Below, piece by piece: positions 20,361 through 31,403 of a stretch of 64,000 nt of DNA. The notes beneath the pieces were generated by a model. That model did not search any database. It was given only the letters and a program-made list of their open reading frames with translations, and was not told where the DNA came from. Numbering within the stretch: position 1 is the first letter of the stretch; every line of letters starts with the position of its first letter. The position numbers and the translations under genes are program-made. This stretch comes from an uncultured Solirubrobacteraceae bacterium (GTDB taxonomy: Bacteria; Actinomycetota; Thermoleophilia; Solirubrobacterales; Solirubrobacteraceae): positions 308,206 through 372,205 of the forward strand of contig CAVRQL010000021.1 in assembly GCA_963723395.1 (NCBI GenBank), read 5' to 3'.

Positions 20361-20397
20361 GGGCCGTCTGGACACATGTCCAGGCGGCCCTTTCGCG
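20361..20397 (+). terminator. Putative intrinsic terminator (GC-rich hairpin plus UUUCGCGUU)
   Basis: GGGCCGUCUGGACA/UGUCCAGGCGGCCC stem followed by a T-rich tract immediately after the 20346 stop. Confidence 0.4.
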
Positions 20398-20522
20398 TTC
20401 CTGAGCCCCTGGCCGGAAAGTGGACGGATGTCCGTCTCAGCCCCGCCGCCGCGCCGCCGATGCCAGGCGGGAAGGGGAACCGCTGGAAGCGGTGACGGGT
20501 AGTCCACGGAAGGGGTCTTGGC

Positions 20523-23012
20523 GTGACGAGAAGGGCAGTGAGGCAGGCCATGCTGGCCGCGCTCACCGTTGCCATCGCCGTGGCGGCGGTCCTGCTGCTC
20601 TTCCTCGTGGTCGCCGACCTGCCGGCCTACGGCATCGGCCCGCGCATCCCGTGGTGGGCGCTCGCGGTGGCCTTCGGCGTCACCGAGCTGTTCGTCGTCC
20701 ACGCGCACGTGCGCGGGAGCGCGCACTCGCTCTCGCTCTCCGAGCTGCCGCTGATCCTTGGCCTGCTGCTGGCCACGCCGCAGGACCTCGTGATCGCCCA
20801 GTTCGCCGGCCCGGCGCTGGTGCTCGCGTTCTCGCGGCGCAACTCGCCGATCAAGCTCGTCTTCAACCTCGCCCAGTTCGGGCTCACCGCGTGCCTGGCG
20901 GTCGTGACGCTGCACGCTCTGGCGCCGGTGACGGAAGGGCTCGGGCCGCAGCTGTGGTTCGCGACCTTCGCCGCCGTCACGGTGAGCGCGCTGTCCGGCG
21001 CCACGCTCGTGTTCGCGGCCATCACGCTGGCCGAGGGCGTGATCCCGTCGCGCCGGCTGGCGCTGATGATGGGCGTCGACCTGCTGGTGTCGCTGACCAA
21101 CACGAGCGTCGGGCTCGCGGGCGCGACGCTGGTGGCGCAGGACTCGCGCGCCGGCTGGCTGCTGATCGCTCCGGCGTGCATCCTGCTGCTCGCCTACCGC
21201 GCGTATCTCTCCGAGCGCACGCGCCACGAGAGCCTGGACTTCCTCTACGGCGTCGCCCGCTCGCTCTCGCGCGCGCCCGACATCGAGACGGCGCTGGCCG
21301 ACCTGCTGGCGCGCACGCGGGACTCGTTCCGCGTCGAGGTGGCCGAGATCGTGCTGTTCTCGGACGGCGAGACGCCGCTGCGCACCGCGCTGGGCACCGC
21401 CGGCGAGGAGCGCATGCAGCCGATCGAGCCGTCGCTCGCCGCGGCGCTGCGGGCGTGCGTGCCGGGGGAGCAGGCGGCGCTCGTGCGCCGGGCGGATGCG
21501 TCCGGAGAGCTGGCGCGCTACCTGTGGGCGCGCGGGATCTCGGAGGCGCTCGTCGCCCCGGTGCCGGGCGAGACCCGGCTGACGGGCGTGATGGTGCTGG
21601 GCGACCGCGTCGGCGCCGCGTCCTCGTTCAGCGGCGAGGACGTGCGGCTGTTCGAGACGCTCGCCAACCACGCGGGGATGTCTCTGGAGTACGACCGCAT
21701 GCGCGACCTGCAGGCGCGGCTCGAGCACCAGGCGTTCCGCGACTCGCTGTCCGGGCTCGCCAACCGGGCGCTGTTCCTGCGCCGGCTGGAGGAGTCGCTG
21801 CGCCGCGCGGACGGGACGACGACCGTGCTGTTCCTCGACCTGGACGACTTCAAGGCGATCAACGACGAGCACGGGCACGCCGCGGGCGACGCCGTGCTGG
21901 TGGCGGTCGCCGACCGCCTGCGCGCCGCCGTGCGCCCTGGCGACCTCGCCGCCCGGCTGGGCGGCGACGAGTTCGCGGTGCTGCTCGAGGACAACGACGC
22001 CGCGCACGGCGAGGCGGTCGCCGAGCGCGTGCTCGACTCGCTGTCGCAGCCGGTGCTGGAGGCAGAGCGGGTGTGGACGCACGGGTCGGTCGGCATCGCC
22101 TTCGCCCGGTCCGGGTCGGTGGGCGCCGACGAGCTGATCCGGCGCGCCGACGTCGCCATGTACCGCGCGAAGGAGGCCGGCAAGGGCCAGTCGCGCGTGT
22201 GGTCGCCCGAGATGCACCCGGCCTCACTGGGCCGCGCGCCGCAGGCACGACGAGATCGCGGCCGCGCTGGAGGCCGGCGAGCTGGTGGCGCACTTCCAGC
22301 CGATCGTCTCGATCGCCACCGGCGAGGTCGTGGCCGCCGAGGCCCTGGCCCGCTGGGAGCACCCGCGCCACGGGCTGCTCGGCCCGTCCGCGTTCGTCGG
22401 CGCCGCCGAGGCGACCGGCCAGGTCGTGGGCATCGACCGCGCGGTGCTCGAGCACGCATGCTTCGTCGCCGCCTCCTGGGACGGGTGGACGGGCGGCTGC
22501 CGAGCGGCGCCGCCGTGCATTCGAACCTGTCGGGCGTCGGGCTGCGGTCCTTCGAGGTCGTGGGGGCGATCGAGGACGTGCTCGCGCGGACCGGGCTCGA
22601 CCCGGCGCGGCTCGTGCTCGAGATCACCGAGAGCGTGCTGGTGGCCGACCTGCCGATGGCGCGCCGGGCTTTGAGCGCGTTGCGCGACCTCGGCGTGCAG
22701 ATCGCTCTGGACGACTTCGGCACCGGCCACTCGTCACTGCAGTCTCTGCGCGAGCTCCCGGTCGACGTCATCAAGGTCGCCAAGCCGTTCGTCGACGGAG
22801 CCGCCCGCTCCCCGCACGACCGAGCGCTGATGCGCATGATGATCGAGATGGGCGAGCTCTTCGGCGTCGCCGTCGTCGCCGAGGGGATCGAGCGCGAGGA
22901 CCAGCTCCGCGTGCTCCGCGAGCTCGGCTGCGAGATGGGCCAGGGCTACCTCCTCGGCCGCCCGGTCGAGATGCCCGCCGGATTGCCGCATGCGGCAGTC
23001 TTGGGCGGATGA
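20523..23012 (+). CDS. Membrane-anchored diguanylate cyclase/phosphodiesterase (multi-TM sensor, GGDEF-EAL); two compensating frameshifts in the EAL domain (about 22230 and about 22500)
   Basis: N-terminal region of about 230 aa with several TM helices. GGDEF region LARLGGDEFAVLL. EAL blocks QPIVSIATGEVVAAEALARWEHP appear in the alternate frame, then LEITESVL...LDDFGTGHSSL back in the main frame. Confidence 0.8.
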   Translation: MTRRAVRQAMLAALTVAIAVAAVLLLFLVVADLPAYGIGPRIPWWALAVAFGVTELFVVHAHVRGSAHSLSLSELPLILGLLLATPQDLVIAQFAGPALVLAFSRRNSPIKLVFNLAQFGLTACLAVVTLHALAPVTEGLGPQLWFATFAAVTVSALSGATLVFAAITLAEGVIPSRRLALMMGVDLLVSLTNTSVGLAGATLVAQDSRAGWLLIAPACILLLAYRAYLSERTRHESLDFLYGVARSLSRAPDIETALADLLARTRDSFRVEVAEIVLFSDGETPLRTALGTAGEERMQPIEPSLAAALRACVPGEQAALVRRADASGELARYLWARGISEALVAPVPGETRLTGVMVLGDRVGAASSFSGEDVRLFETLANHAGMSLEYDRMRDLQARLEHQAFRDSLSGLANRALFLRRLEESLRRADGTTTVLFLDLDDFKAINDEHGHAAGDAVLVAVADRLRAAVRPGDLAARLGGDEFAVLLEDNDAAHGEAVAERVLDSLSQPVLEAERVWTHGSVGIAFARSGSVGADELIRRADVAMYRAKEAGKGQSRVWSPEMHPASLGRAPQARRDRGRAGGRRAGGALPADRLDRHRRGRGRRGPGPLGAPAPRAARPVRVRRRRRGDRPGRGHRPRGARARMLRRRLLGRVDGRLPSGAAVHSNLSGVGLRSFEVVGAIEDVLARTGLDPARLVLEITESVLVADLPMARRALSALRDLGVQIALDDFGTGHSSLQSLRELPVDVIKVAKPFVDGAARSPHDRALMRMMIEMGELFGVAVVAEGIEREDQLRVLRELGCEMGQGYLLGRPVEMPAGLPHAAVLGG

Positions 23013-23478
23013 AGAAGCTCAACGTCGACGAAGCCACAGTCGAGTACGACTCCGACGACCCGGACGGGTTCAAGTCCGGCCGGATCCCCTTCCGCAAGCT
23101 CCTCGAAGCGAAGAAGACGGGCATCTAGCCTCTACGAGCTCCCACCCGGCCAGGCCATCTGCCCGTACCACTACGAGTACGCCGAGGAGGAGTGGCTCGT
23201 CGTGCTGTCCGGCACGCCGTCTGGTGCGCACGCCAGAAGGAGAGACCCGCTTCCGCGAATGGGACGTCTGCGTCTTCCCCCAGGGCCCCTCAGGAGCCCA
23301 CGGAGTCCGCAACGACACCTCCGAAGTCGTCCGAGTCCTCATGTTCTCCGACGTCATCTGGCCGGCCGCGACGGTCTACCCGGACAGCGACAAGATCGGC
23401 GTCTGGGTCGGCAACGACGACGACACCGCCATGTTCCTCCGCGACTCGAAGGTCGACTACTTCGAAGGCGAGACCTAG
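23009..23478 (+). CDS. Cupin domain protein (two apparent frameshifts)
   Basis: Start ATGA-overlaps the previous gene. Segments ...YELPPGQAICPYHYEYAEEEWLVVLSGTP and ...ETRFREWDVCVFPQGPSGAHGVRNDTSEVVRVLMF lie in different frames. Confidence 0.55.
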
Positions 23479-23730
23479 CCCAGCGTCAGCAGACGACGAT
23501 CAGATGGAACGGCAGGTCCGCAGGCGCGCCGCTCGCGTTCCGCGTGCGGACGACCACGCCACGAGCTCGTCGTCTCGGTCGTGACCTGACCGCCAGTCCG
23601 GGGTCGCGGTCCATCTGCGAACCGCGCGAGAGTCGCGACCGCGAAGCAAGCCGTCATGTCGCGCTCGAAACCGACGTCGTAGCGTCCCGATCCGCTCGGT
23701 CCATGCCCGCTGATCGCGCTCGCCGTCGCG

Positions 23731-26289
23731 CTACGAACGTTCGCCTCGGCTATCTACGGCGGCGGTGAACGGCGACTCCCGGCAGGGCCAGCTGGACCCT
23801 GCGGCCCAGCAGGCCCGGTCTGGCCTCGCAGCGAGCGCCGCGCTCGACAACGAGACAGGTCGTCGAGTCGGATCGCTCGACGCTTGATCTCGGCGGAGCG
23901 CACCGAGCCCGGTCTTCAGCTCGCTCGGCCCGACCGCCTTCGCGCGGATCTGCTTGGCGCCGACGCTGTTCCTCGGGAGCGCTGTCACCGCGTAGGACGT
24001 GCCGCCGAGGGCGATGAACACCGCCGCGGTCGCCATCACGTTCGCGTATGTCAGCTTCTCGCGGAGCCGTCTCATCTGCCGCAAGATACGCCCAGAGCTG
24101 CGAAAAGTTGCGGTCGTCACAGGCCGCGGACCGTGACTCGGACGAGCTCGCGACGATCCGGTCTCGTAGGGGAACGTCGCCTCGCGCGGGATCAGCGCGC
24201 GGAAGCGGTAGTCACGGCTCCCGCGGGTGGCCGTGAAGCGATACGGAACGCTCCACCGCCTGTCCGCCGTTGCGCGCGCGGCGTTGCGAAAGTCGACCAT
24301 CTGCCGCGCGTGTAGACCTGCAGGTGGATGAGCTTCCCGATATGCGCCTCGTCTGGCGGCCCTTGAGACGTCCGTGGAACCGGATCTCCTCGCCGTTGAC
24401 GACGCTTTGGCGCGTGACGTTCAACGTGGTCAGCGGCGCGGACACGGAGATCGACCACAGTCGAGCGAGCCCGGATCGTCGCCGTCCCGGGATAGCGGAA
24501 GCGGAGTGAGCCGACTCGGGCCGCGCAGCGCCTTGAACCGGAAGCGCCCCGGTGCGGACGTGCGCACCTGCGCCGACGCGTCGCCAGGTCGCGGACGGGC
24601 AGCTTGACGCGCTCCCAGACCTCGACGTCGGCGTCCGCTAGCGGATTCGCTCCGGGCGTCGTCAGGCGACCGCGCAGCGGGATCGTGCGTCCGTAGCGCG
24701 GCGCGCGGCCGTACGACGAGCACGGTCCGGTACCGGCGCTTGCCGCTAGTGTCCGCGCGCCCGAACCCGCGTCGGCCTTCCGACGCGCAAGGCGCGTCCC
24801 GAGGCGGATCGGCAGCGTCCGCTCGAGCCGCGGCTTCCGTCGGCGTCTCGGTCGATGGTGCGCTCGTTGCCGGCGAGGTCCCGCGCGCGCGCACGAAGCT
24901 CGTAGACGACCCTTGGGCAGGCGCTCGTCGTCGAGCACGGCGGAGAACGCCTTGCGACTCGAGAGACGGTCGGAAGCGAGCGCCACGCGTTCTCGCCTCG
25001 GCGGCGGGCCTCGATCCATGCCTCGGCGAGCCGCGACGTCGGATCGCTCGCGGCGACGCGTAACCCGAGCGGGATCGGCCGCGCAGGCTCGTCGAAGGCC
25101 AGGCTCGGCGCGTCCGTGGTCGAGCCGCAGACTCGCGAACGATGCCGAGCGCTCAGGGTCCTCGTTCCCGGCTGCGTCCTCGAGCCAGACGCTGAGCTCG
25201 CCACTCGCCTGGTCCAGGCACGCGTAAGCCCGAGATCGAGCTGGATGTCGCGGCCCCTCTGCGACGCCGTCGACGCACACCGCGCGTCGGCGGCGCCGTT
25301 AGGAGCGGGACAGATCCGATACTGCGCCGCTGCGATCGGGGCGGCCGGCTGCGTCGGATTCGCCCAGCGGACCGTGAAGTCGTTCTCGGCCGCCACCGGT
25401 CTCCCCGACGCAGCTCGGCGTCGAGCGGCTGCGCCGGCGGCGTGTTGTCGACCAGCACCTGCCGACTCGCCGCGTGGTTGCAGTTCCCCGCTCGCGTCGA
25501 ACGCGCGAACGGCGACGGTGTGCGCGCCGTCGCCGACGAAGCTCGCCGCGTCGGCAGTGGCACGCTCGAGGCCTCGGTCCGACATGGCGCGGCGAGCCAG
25601 ATGTTGCAGTGGCCGAGTGCACGTCCGCGCAGCTTGGCCGTCGACGCAGGACCTCGACGCTCCGGATGCCGGTCCAGTCCGGCGCCGAGAACCGAACGTC
25701 TGGCTGCCCCGGCGCCAGCCGCCGGCCGTCACGGAGCCTCCCGTGATCCCGACGCCGGGCGGCACGTTGTCTTCGACCGTGACGACGACGTCTTGCATCT
25801 TCACGAAGCCGTAATGAGGTCGGACCGCGGGCAGCCGTTGCCGTCGCCGCACGTCACCTGCGCAAAGAGCTGCGGGCGTGCGAGTCCGATGTCTTGACGC
25901 CCAGTACTGGCCCCAGGTCGTGCCGTTGGCTCCGCCCCAGATCCAGCGCGGAGTGCTGTCGACGAGGCCGGCGTGCCACCCGTGCGCCGAGCCCTGGTTG
26001 ACGCGCGCTCGGAAGCGCGACGATCGTCGTGTGGGCGGGGCGGTGAAGACCTGACGGGCGCCTGCCCCGAACGGTGCCGTGCCCGGAGCCTCCGGACATC
26101 CGGGTCACTATGCCCTCGCCGGGGCACGCTGTGTATGCCGTGACGCCAGCCGTTGGGCGACTTCGGGTGCCCAGGACCCGTTGCCAATGCGCAGCCGAGC
26201 AGGCGACGACGTCGTACGTGCCCGCAGACGCGGTCGTGGGGGCGGCGAGGGCGATCGTTGCGATCGCGAGGCCGAGGAGGCGCTTCATC
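23731..26289 (-). pseudogene. Large secreted repeat (Ig-like / bacterial-Ig-type) protein, heavily frameshifted
   Basis: Signal peptide MKRLLGLAIATIALAAPTTASA at about 26289. Downstream fragments in all three frames (…FVGDGAHTVAVRAFDASGE…, …VVYELRARARDLAGNERTID…, …VVVTVEDNVPPGVGITGGSV…) resemble Ig-like repeat domains. No single long ORF remains. Confidence 0.3.
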
Positions 26290-26302
26290 GGGAACTCCTT
26301 GA

Positions 26303-27763
26303 TCACGGCGTGAACTCCCCGCCGCCGGTGGCGGGTGGCGGATCCGGCTGTCGTGGTGGGGCTGCTGCGGATTGCTCGATCGAGAACTCGGCGACGGATT
26401 GCTGCTCGGGCTCGGCGATCGGGGCGGATTCGTGGGATGTCGGGGTCGTGCCCTGGCTCGGGTCCTTGGACGGTGAGCGGCGGGTGTTCGCGGAGCGGCG
26501 CTTGCGGACCGGGGCGGGCGCGCGCGTCGCGGCGGGCGTCGGGGTCGCGATGACCTCGGTGGTGCGGGCGGAGGCGGCGAGCTTGGCCCGGTCGTGGGAG
26601 GCCTTCGGCGCTGCCGGCTTCGCCACGCGAGGTTTGGCCGGCTCGGCCTGGCCCGGGAGCATCCAGCCCGGCGCGTGGACGACGCCGGTCGCGACGCAGA
26701 GCGCTCCTGCTCCGACGCCGCTGACGCAGAACCCGATCATGGTCGCGACGGCGGCGATGCGGCCTCCGCCGCTCGCGGTCGCGATGTGGATCCCGGCCGC
26801 GACGTCGGAGGAGTTGGAGCGGTGCACCAACGAGAGGGCCTCGTCCTTGATGCGCCCGAGCCCCGGCCGCACGCGGCCGGCGCGCTCCGGTAGCTCGATC
26901 GCGAGCTGGCCTCCGAGGTCCACCGCGTGGGGGACGACGGCATCCGGCGTGGGCGTCGCCGCCGGGACGGCGATGAGGCCGTCCTGCCGGATCAGCTCCT
27001 CCGCGGACTTGATGCCGTCCGGATGGGCGGTGACGCCGACGGCCGCGAGCGGGAAGAGCAGCCGGACGCGGTGGCGGGCGGAGATGTGGAGCTCGCGGAC
27101 GGTGGCCCGGCAGGCCGTGCAGTGGCGCAGGTGGGGGCGGACCTCGACGATCTGGGCGCTCGTCGCGGCGCCCTGCGCGAGGGCGGCGAGGATCGGGGCG
27201 AAGCGCTCGCACTCCTCGCCGGCCTCGATCGCCCGATAGGCCTTGAGGAACCGCTTGCGCCCCTCCGTGATCGCCCTGTTGACTTTCGTATACGTCCAAC
27301 CGAATCGCTCGCCGATCTCCGCATACGACATTCCCTCGGCCTTGAGCATCAGGGCCTTCGCCTCGTCGGGCTTGAGCGCTCGCAGCGCCTCGGCCGAGCG
27401 GCTGACCCGCTCGCCGCCCTCGATCTGGTCCTCGAGGCTGCGCTGGCCGGCCGGGACGTGGGCGTCGAGGTCGGGCTCCTGGTCGGCGACGGCGTCCTGG
27501 CGGGCGCGGCGGATGGCGATCGCTTCGTGCTTGATGACGACCTTCAGCCATGCGACCTCGGTCGCCGGCTCGACCGTGTCGGCGCGCTTGAAGAAGATCT
27601 CCAGCCCGCGCTGGTAGGCGTCCAGCGCGTCGTCGTGGCACAGCGAGAACTGGTAGGCGACGTGCAGGAGCAGCCGACCGTGCGTCGCCATGATCGCGGC
27701 CATGCGGCGCTCCGGGTCGTCATCCCGCAGCGCGAGCCGTCCTTGCACCCCTCCTGCCCTCAC
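26303..27763 (-). CDS. ECF-type RNA polymerase sigma factor fused in one ORF to a zf-HC2 anti-sigma domain with TM segment
   Basis: Sigma region 2 (…LLLHVAYQFSLCHDDALDAYQRGLEIFF…) and region 4 (…EAKALMLKAEGMSYAEIGERFGWTYTKVNRAITEGRKRF…) are followed without a stop by PHLRHCTACRATV (HxxxCxxC), the TM helix AAVATMIGFCVSGVGAGALCVA and a Pro/Ala-rich tail. Confidence 0.7.
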   Translation of the reverse strand: MRAGGVQGRLALRDDDPERRMAAIMATHGRLLLHVAYQFSLCHDDALDAYQRGLEIFFKRADTVEPATEVAWLKVVIKHEAIAIRRARQDAVADQEPDLDAHVPAGQRSLEDQIEGGERVSRSAEALRALKPDEAKALMLKAEGMSYAEIGERFGWTYTKVNRAITEGRKRFLKAYRAIEAGEECERFAPILAALAQGAATSAQIVEVRPHLRHCTACRATVRELHISARHRVRLLFPLAAVGVTAHPDGIKSAEELIRQDGLIAVPAATPTPDAVVPHAVDLGGQLAIELPERAGRVRPGLGRIKDEALSLVHRSNSSDVAAGIHIATASGGGRIAAVATMIGFCVSGVGAGALCVATGVVHAPGWMLPGQAEPAKPRVAKPAAPKASHDRAKLAASARTTEVIATPTPAATRAPAPVRKRRSANTRRSPSKDPSQGTTPTSHESAPIAEPEQQSVAEFSIEQSAAAPPRQPDPPPATGGGEFTP

Positions 27764-27938
27764 TTGACCTCCACCGACGCTTCACGGAACGGAGGCCTGC
27801 CTCCTTGGCGGGCTCCGGAGGGATTAGGCCAGTTCGCGGCAAACTGCGCCCCCTTCGCAGCCCAAATGTGCGCAAATTGCGGAAAGTTCGTGCGTCGGGA
27901 TCGTCGTCGCGCGGACCAGCTGGTGAGAACGACTCACC

Positions 27939-27994
27939 TAAAGGGTCTGACCCCTTATGGCACTGAAATGAAGTAAAGGGTCTGACCCCTTATG
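27939..27994. repeat. Two tandem copies (period 35 bp) of TAAAGGGTCTGACCCCTTATG, each followed by G(A/G)AATGAAG; each core holds the palindrome GGGTC-N-GACCC
   Basis: Exact 21-bp direct repeat at 27939-27959 and 27974-27994, in a locally AT-richer divergent intergenic region between the sigma/anti-sigma gene and the LVIVD protein gene. Confidence 0.8.
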
Positions 27995-28002
27995 TAGGGG
28001 GA

Positions 28003-30090
28003 ATGAAGCAACCGGCGCGTGGGGTTCGTGGGTTCGGCATGGTTCCGGCGATGCTGCGTGCCCTCGCGACGACTCTGCTTGCCCTCGGCGTGCTGGCTGT
28101 CCCGGCCGGCGCCCACCCCGTGAACAACAGCGGCCTGAAGCTGGAGATCGGGAGCGACCGCATCGCGGCGAAGAAGACCTCCAGGGCGAAGGCGATCGCC
28201 GCGCAACAGGCGCCGCCCGCCACGCCGCGCGCCGACTGCGGTCCCGGCGCGAGGCCCGAGGGCGCGATGCAGGGCCGCGTCCCGGCCGGCCACCCGGACG
28301 GCTTCATCTGCAACATGACGCTGGTCGGCCACCAGGGCTCCTCCGGCGGCTACAAGGCGCTGCGCTTCATCGACAAGCAGGGCCACGAGTGCGCGTACTA
28401 CGACACGACGCTGCTGTTCCCGACGAACGCGCAGACGCTCTCGGAGCGGCCCACCGGCACCGCGGTGCTCGACATGAGCGACCCCGCGAACCCGAAGCAG
28501 ACCGCGAGCCTGCCGACGCCCGCGATGCAGTCCCCGCACGAGTCGCTGCTGCTCAACGAGAAGCGCGGCCTGCTCGCCGCGGTGATGGGCAACCCCGCGT
28601 TCGCCCCCGGCTGGGTCGACGTGTACGACCTCAACCAGGACTGCCGCCAGCCCGCGCTGCAGTCCAGCCTCCCCGTCGGCCTGCTCGGCCACGAGTCGGG
28701 CTTCGCGCCCGACGGGAACACGTTCTACGCGACCAGCATCAGCAACGGCACGGTGACCGCCGTCGACCTCACCGACCCCAAGGTGCCGCGCACCCTGACC
28801 GTCGGTCAGTACCCGAGCCACGGGCTGATGATCTCCGACGACGGCAACCGCGCCTACATCGCAGGCCAGGACGGCCTCGTGATCGTCGACGTGTCGGACA
28901 TCCAGCAGCGCCGCGCCAACCCGCAGTTCAAGACGCTCAGCACGCTGACCTGGCCGGAGATGACGATCCCGCAGGTCGCGACCCCGATCACGATCAACGG
29001 CCACCCGTACCTGATGGAGATCGACGAGTTCTCCACCGACGGCGTGACGTTCGTGTCCTCCAACGGCCCGATCGTCGGCGCCGCGCGGATCATCGACATC
29101 GCCGACGAGAAGAACCCGAAGGTCATCTCCAACATCCGCCTGCAGGTCCACCAGCCGGAGAACCGCGCGGCGATCGGCGGCGACCCCGGCGCCCAGAGCC
29201 CGGCGCAGGGCTACGCGGGCCACTACTGCAACGTCCCGCAGCGCCAGGACCCCGGGATCGTGGCCTGCTCGATGATCGTCAGCGGCCTGCGCGTGTTCGA
29301 CATCCGCGACCCGTACAAGCCGAAGGAGATCGCCTACTACGTCGCGCCCAACAAGGCGAGCCAGACCGCGGGGGCGCCCTCGAACTACGCGATGTCGAGC
29401 CCGTCCTTCGCGCCCGAGCGCAAGGAGATCTGGTACACGGACGGCAACAGCGGCTTCTACAACGTCCGCCTCGACAACTGGCCCACGAACAGCCGCCGGC
29501 ACCGCGTCCGGCGACTGCACGGGCGACGGGGGCTTCGCGAGCGTGACCGCCAAGCCACAAGGGCAAGGCCCTGCGCCTGTCCTTCGCCAAGCGCCGCGAC
29601 CTGCCCGTGAAGGTCGAGGTCTTCCAGGTCTCCCAGGGCCGCCGCATCGTCAAGGAGCGCCGCGTCGCGCGCTTCACGAAGCCGCGCACGTTCAAGGCCA
29701 AGGTCGCCGACGGCTACTACTTCGCCCGCTTCACGATGGCCGGCGTCGACCGCCGCCGGATCGTGCTGCGCCGCGCCAACGGCCGCTGGCACACCGCCGC
29801 CCGCCACTACCGCCGCGGGAGCTGCGAGACGCTGCGCACGTACAAGCTCGAGCGCCCCGTGTTCGGCGGCCGCCAGAACACGCCGCTGCGCGTGGCGTAC
29901 CGCGTCACGAAGCCGGCGCGGGTGGCGATCGTGGTGACGCAGGAACGGGCGCACCGTGGCCCGGCGCACGACGAACGCGCAGCCCGGCCGCACCTACCGC
30001 CTCAAGATCAAGGCCAAGCGCCGCGGCGTCTACCGCGTGAAGCTGACCGCGCCCGGCGTGAGCGAGCGGCTCACGGCTCGCCGGCTCTGA
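28003..30090 (+). CDS. Secreted LVIVD-repeat beta-propeller protein with C-terminal extension; at least 3 frameshifts after about 29480
   Basis: Signal peptide. Repeats include DGLVIVDVSD and GNTFYATSISNGTVTAVDL. The C-terminal 200 aa (…KVEVFQVSQGRRIVKERRVARF… and …YRLKIKAKRRGVYRVKLTAPGVSERL*) is spread over three frames. Confidence 0.65.
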
Positions 30091-31324
30091 GCCGCTCGAT
30101 GACGGCGGCGTTGTGCCGGTGCCCGCGCGCCTCGTAGCCGATCACCGACACCCACGGGCTCGCGCTCAGCGCGACCAGGCACCACGCCATCGACGCGCCC
30201 GCCGAGGCCATCACCAGCGGGACGACGAGCAGCACGGCCGTGCCCGCCAGCAGCCAGAGGTGGAACGGGTCGAGCGTCCGGGTCAGGAACGCGTAGAGGA
30301 TGAAGACGCCGAACAGGAACACGGCGACCGGCACCACCACGGTCAGCACGGTCGCGGCGGCGCTCAGCTCGGAGTGGTCCTCCAGGTAGTACGCGGCGGC
30401 GTGCAGCCCGCCGCCGGTGGCCACCACGGCGCCGATCAGCGGGATGTGCCCGTAGCCCCACTTGAACGACCGCTCCCGCCGCACGTCCAGCACCTCGCCG
30501 GAGGGCACGATGAAGTAGATCCACCACATGCCGAAGGTCAGCGCCGTGCCGGCCACCGCGACGGCGACCGCGTCCACCGACCACCCGGGCCCCTCCGGGC
30601 CGACGACCGCGGACAGCGCCACCACGGTGCCGAGCACGCCCTCGCCGAGCGCGATGATCACCAGCAGCCCGTAGCGCTCGGCGATGTGGTGCGGGTGCCA
30701 CGGGGTGCCGCCCTTGCGATTCTCCGCGATCCACGGGCCGGCGAACTCGACCATCACGAGCAGCAGCACGCAGACGAACGTGACGGCCACCGACGTCTCG
30801 GCGACCAGCAGCGCGACCCAGCCGGCCTGCGCGATCAGGATCGCGGTGACGTAGGTCGAGCAGGCTGACCGCCGGTCCGGGTCCTGCCGCGCGGCGCGCG
30901 CCCACTGGAAGACCATCGCGACCCGCATCACGACGTAGCCGGCCACCATCACCCGGTTGTCGACGGTGTCGCCCTCGTCGATCGACTTGAACATCACCGG
31001 CAGGCCCAGGGCGAGGATGAGCACGCCGACCATCTGCACCATCGTGGTGAGCCGGTAGATCCAGTCGTCGGTGTCGTAGGCCGACGCGAACCACGAGAAG
31101 TTCACCCACGCCCACGTGATCGCGAAGGTGCCGAGCGCGAAGCCGAGCAGCGCCGTGGAGATGTGGTCCTCGGCGAGATAGTGGGCGAGCTCGTTCGCCG
31201 CGAGGCCGTATCCGGCGACGAACGTGAGGTCGAACAGCAGCTCCAGCGGCGTCGCGGCGCGATGCGACTCCGAGGGGTCGCGGCCGCCCATGCGCGCTCG
31301 CCGGTGGTGGAGCGCCGTGCTCAC
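30071..31324 (-). CDS. Low-temperature-requirement protein A (LtrA) family membrane protein
   Basis: ELLFDLTFVAGY..., multiple TM helices and ...WWIYFIVPSGE... are typical LtrA blocks. Intact 417 aa. Confidence 0.8.
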   Translation of the reverse strand: MSTALHHRRARMGGRDPSESHRAATPLELLFDLTFVAGYGLAANELAHYLAEDHISTALLGFALGTFAITWAWVNFSWFASAYDTDDWIYRLTTMVQMVGVLILALGLPVMFKSIDEGDTVDNRVMVAGYVVMRVAMVFQWARAARQDPDRRSACSTYVTAILIAQAGWVALLVAETSVAVTFVCVLLLVMVEFAGPWIAENRKGGTPWHPHHIAERYGLLVIIALGEGVLGTVVALSAVVGPEGPGWSVDAVAVAVAGTALTFGMWWIYFIVPSGEVLDVRRERSFKWGYGHIPLIGAVVATGGGLHAAAYYLEDHSELSAAATVLTVVVPVAVFLFGVFILYAFLTRTLDPFHLWLLAGTAVLLVVPLVMASAGASMAWCLVALSASPWVSVIGYEARGHRHNAAVIERLRAGEP

Positions 31325-31403
31325 CGCTCGGATCGTACTTCAGGTCAATCCGACCATAATTCTGGTAGGGTTCTGGTCAAGACGACCAGAACAGGAGCAC
31401 GAG

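Noticed and set aside
23479-27800. Possible mobile element or foreign island (degenerate genes, AT-richer border)
   Set aside because: No transposase, integrase, tRNA or direct-repeat borders were found. The degradation is explained by frameshifts in a large secreted-protein gene.
27939-27994. Possible CRISPR array
   Set aside because: Only two repeat copies, a 21-bp unit with 14-bp spacing, and no cas genes. More consistent with a duplicated operator/promoter element.
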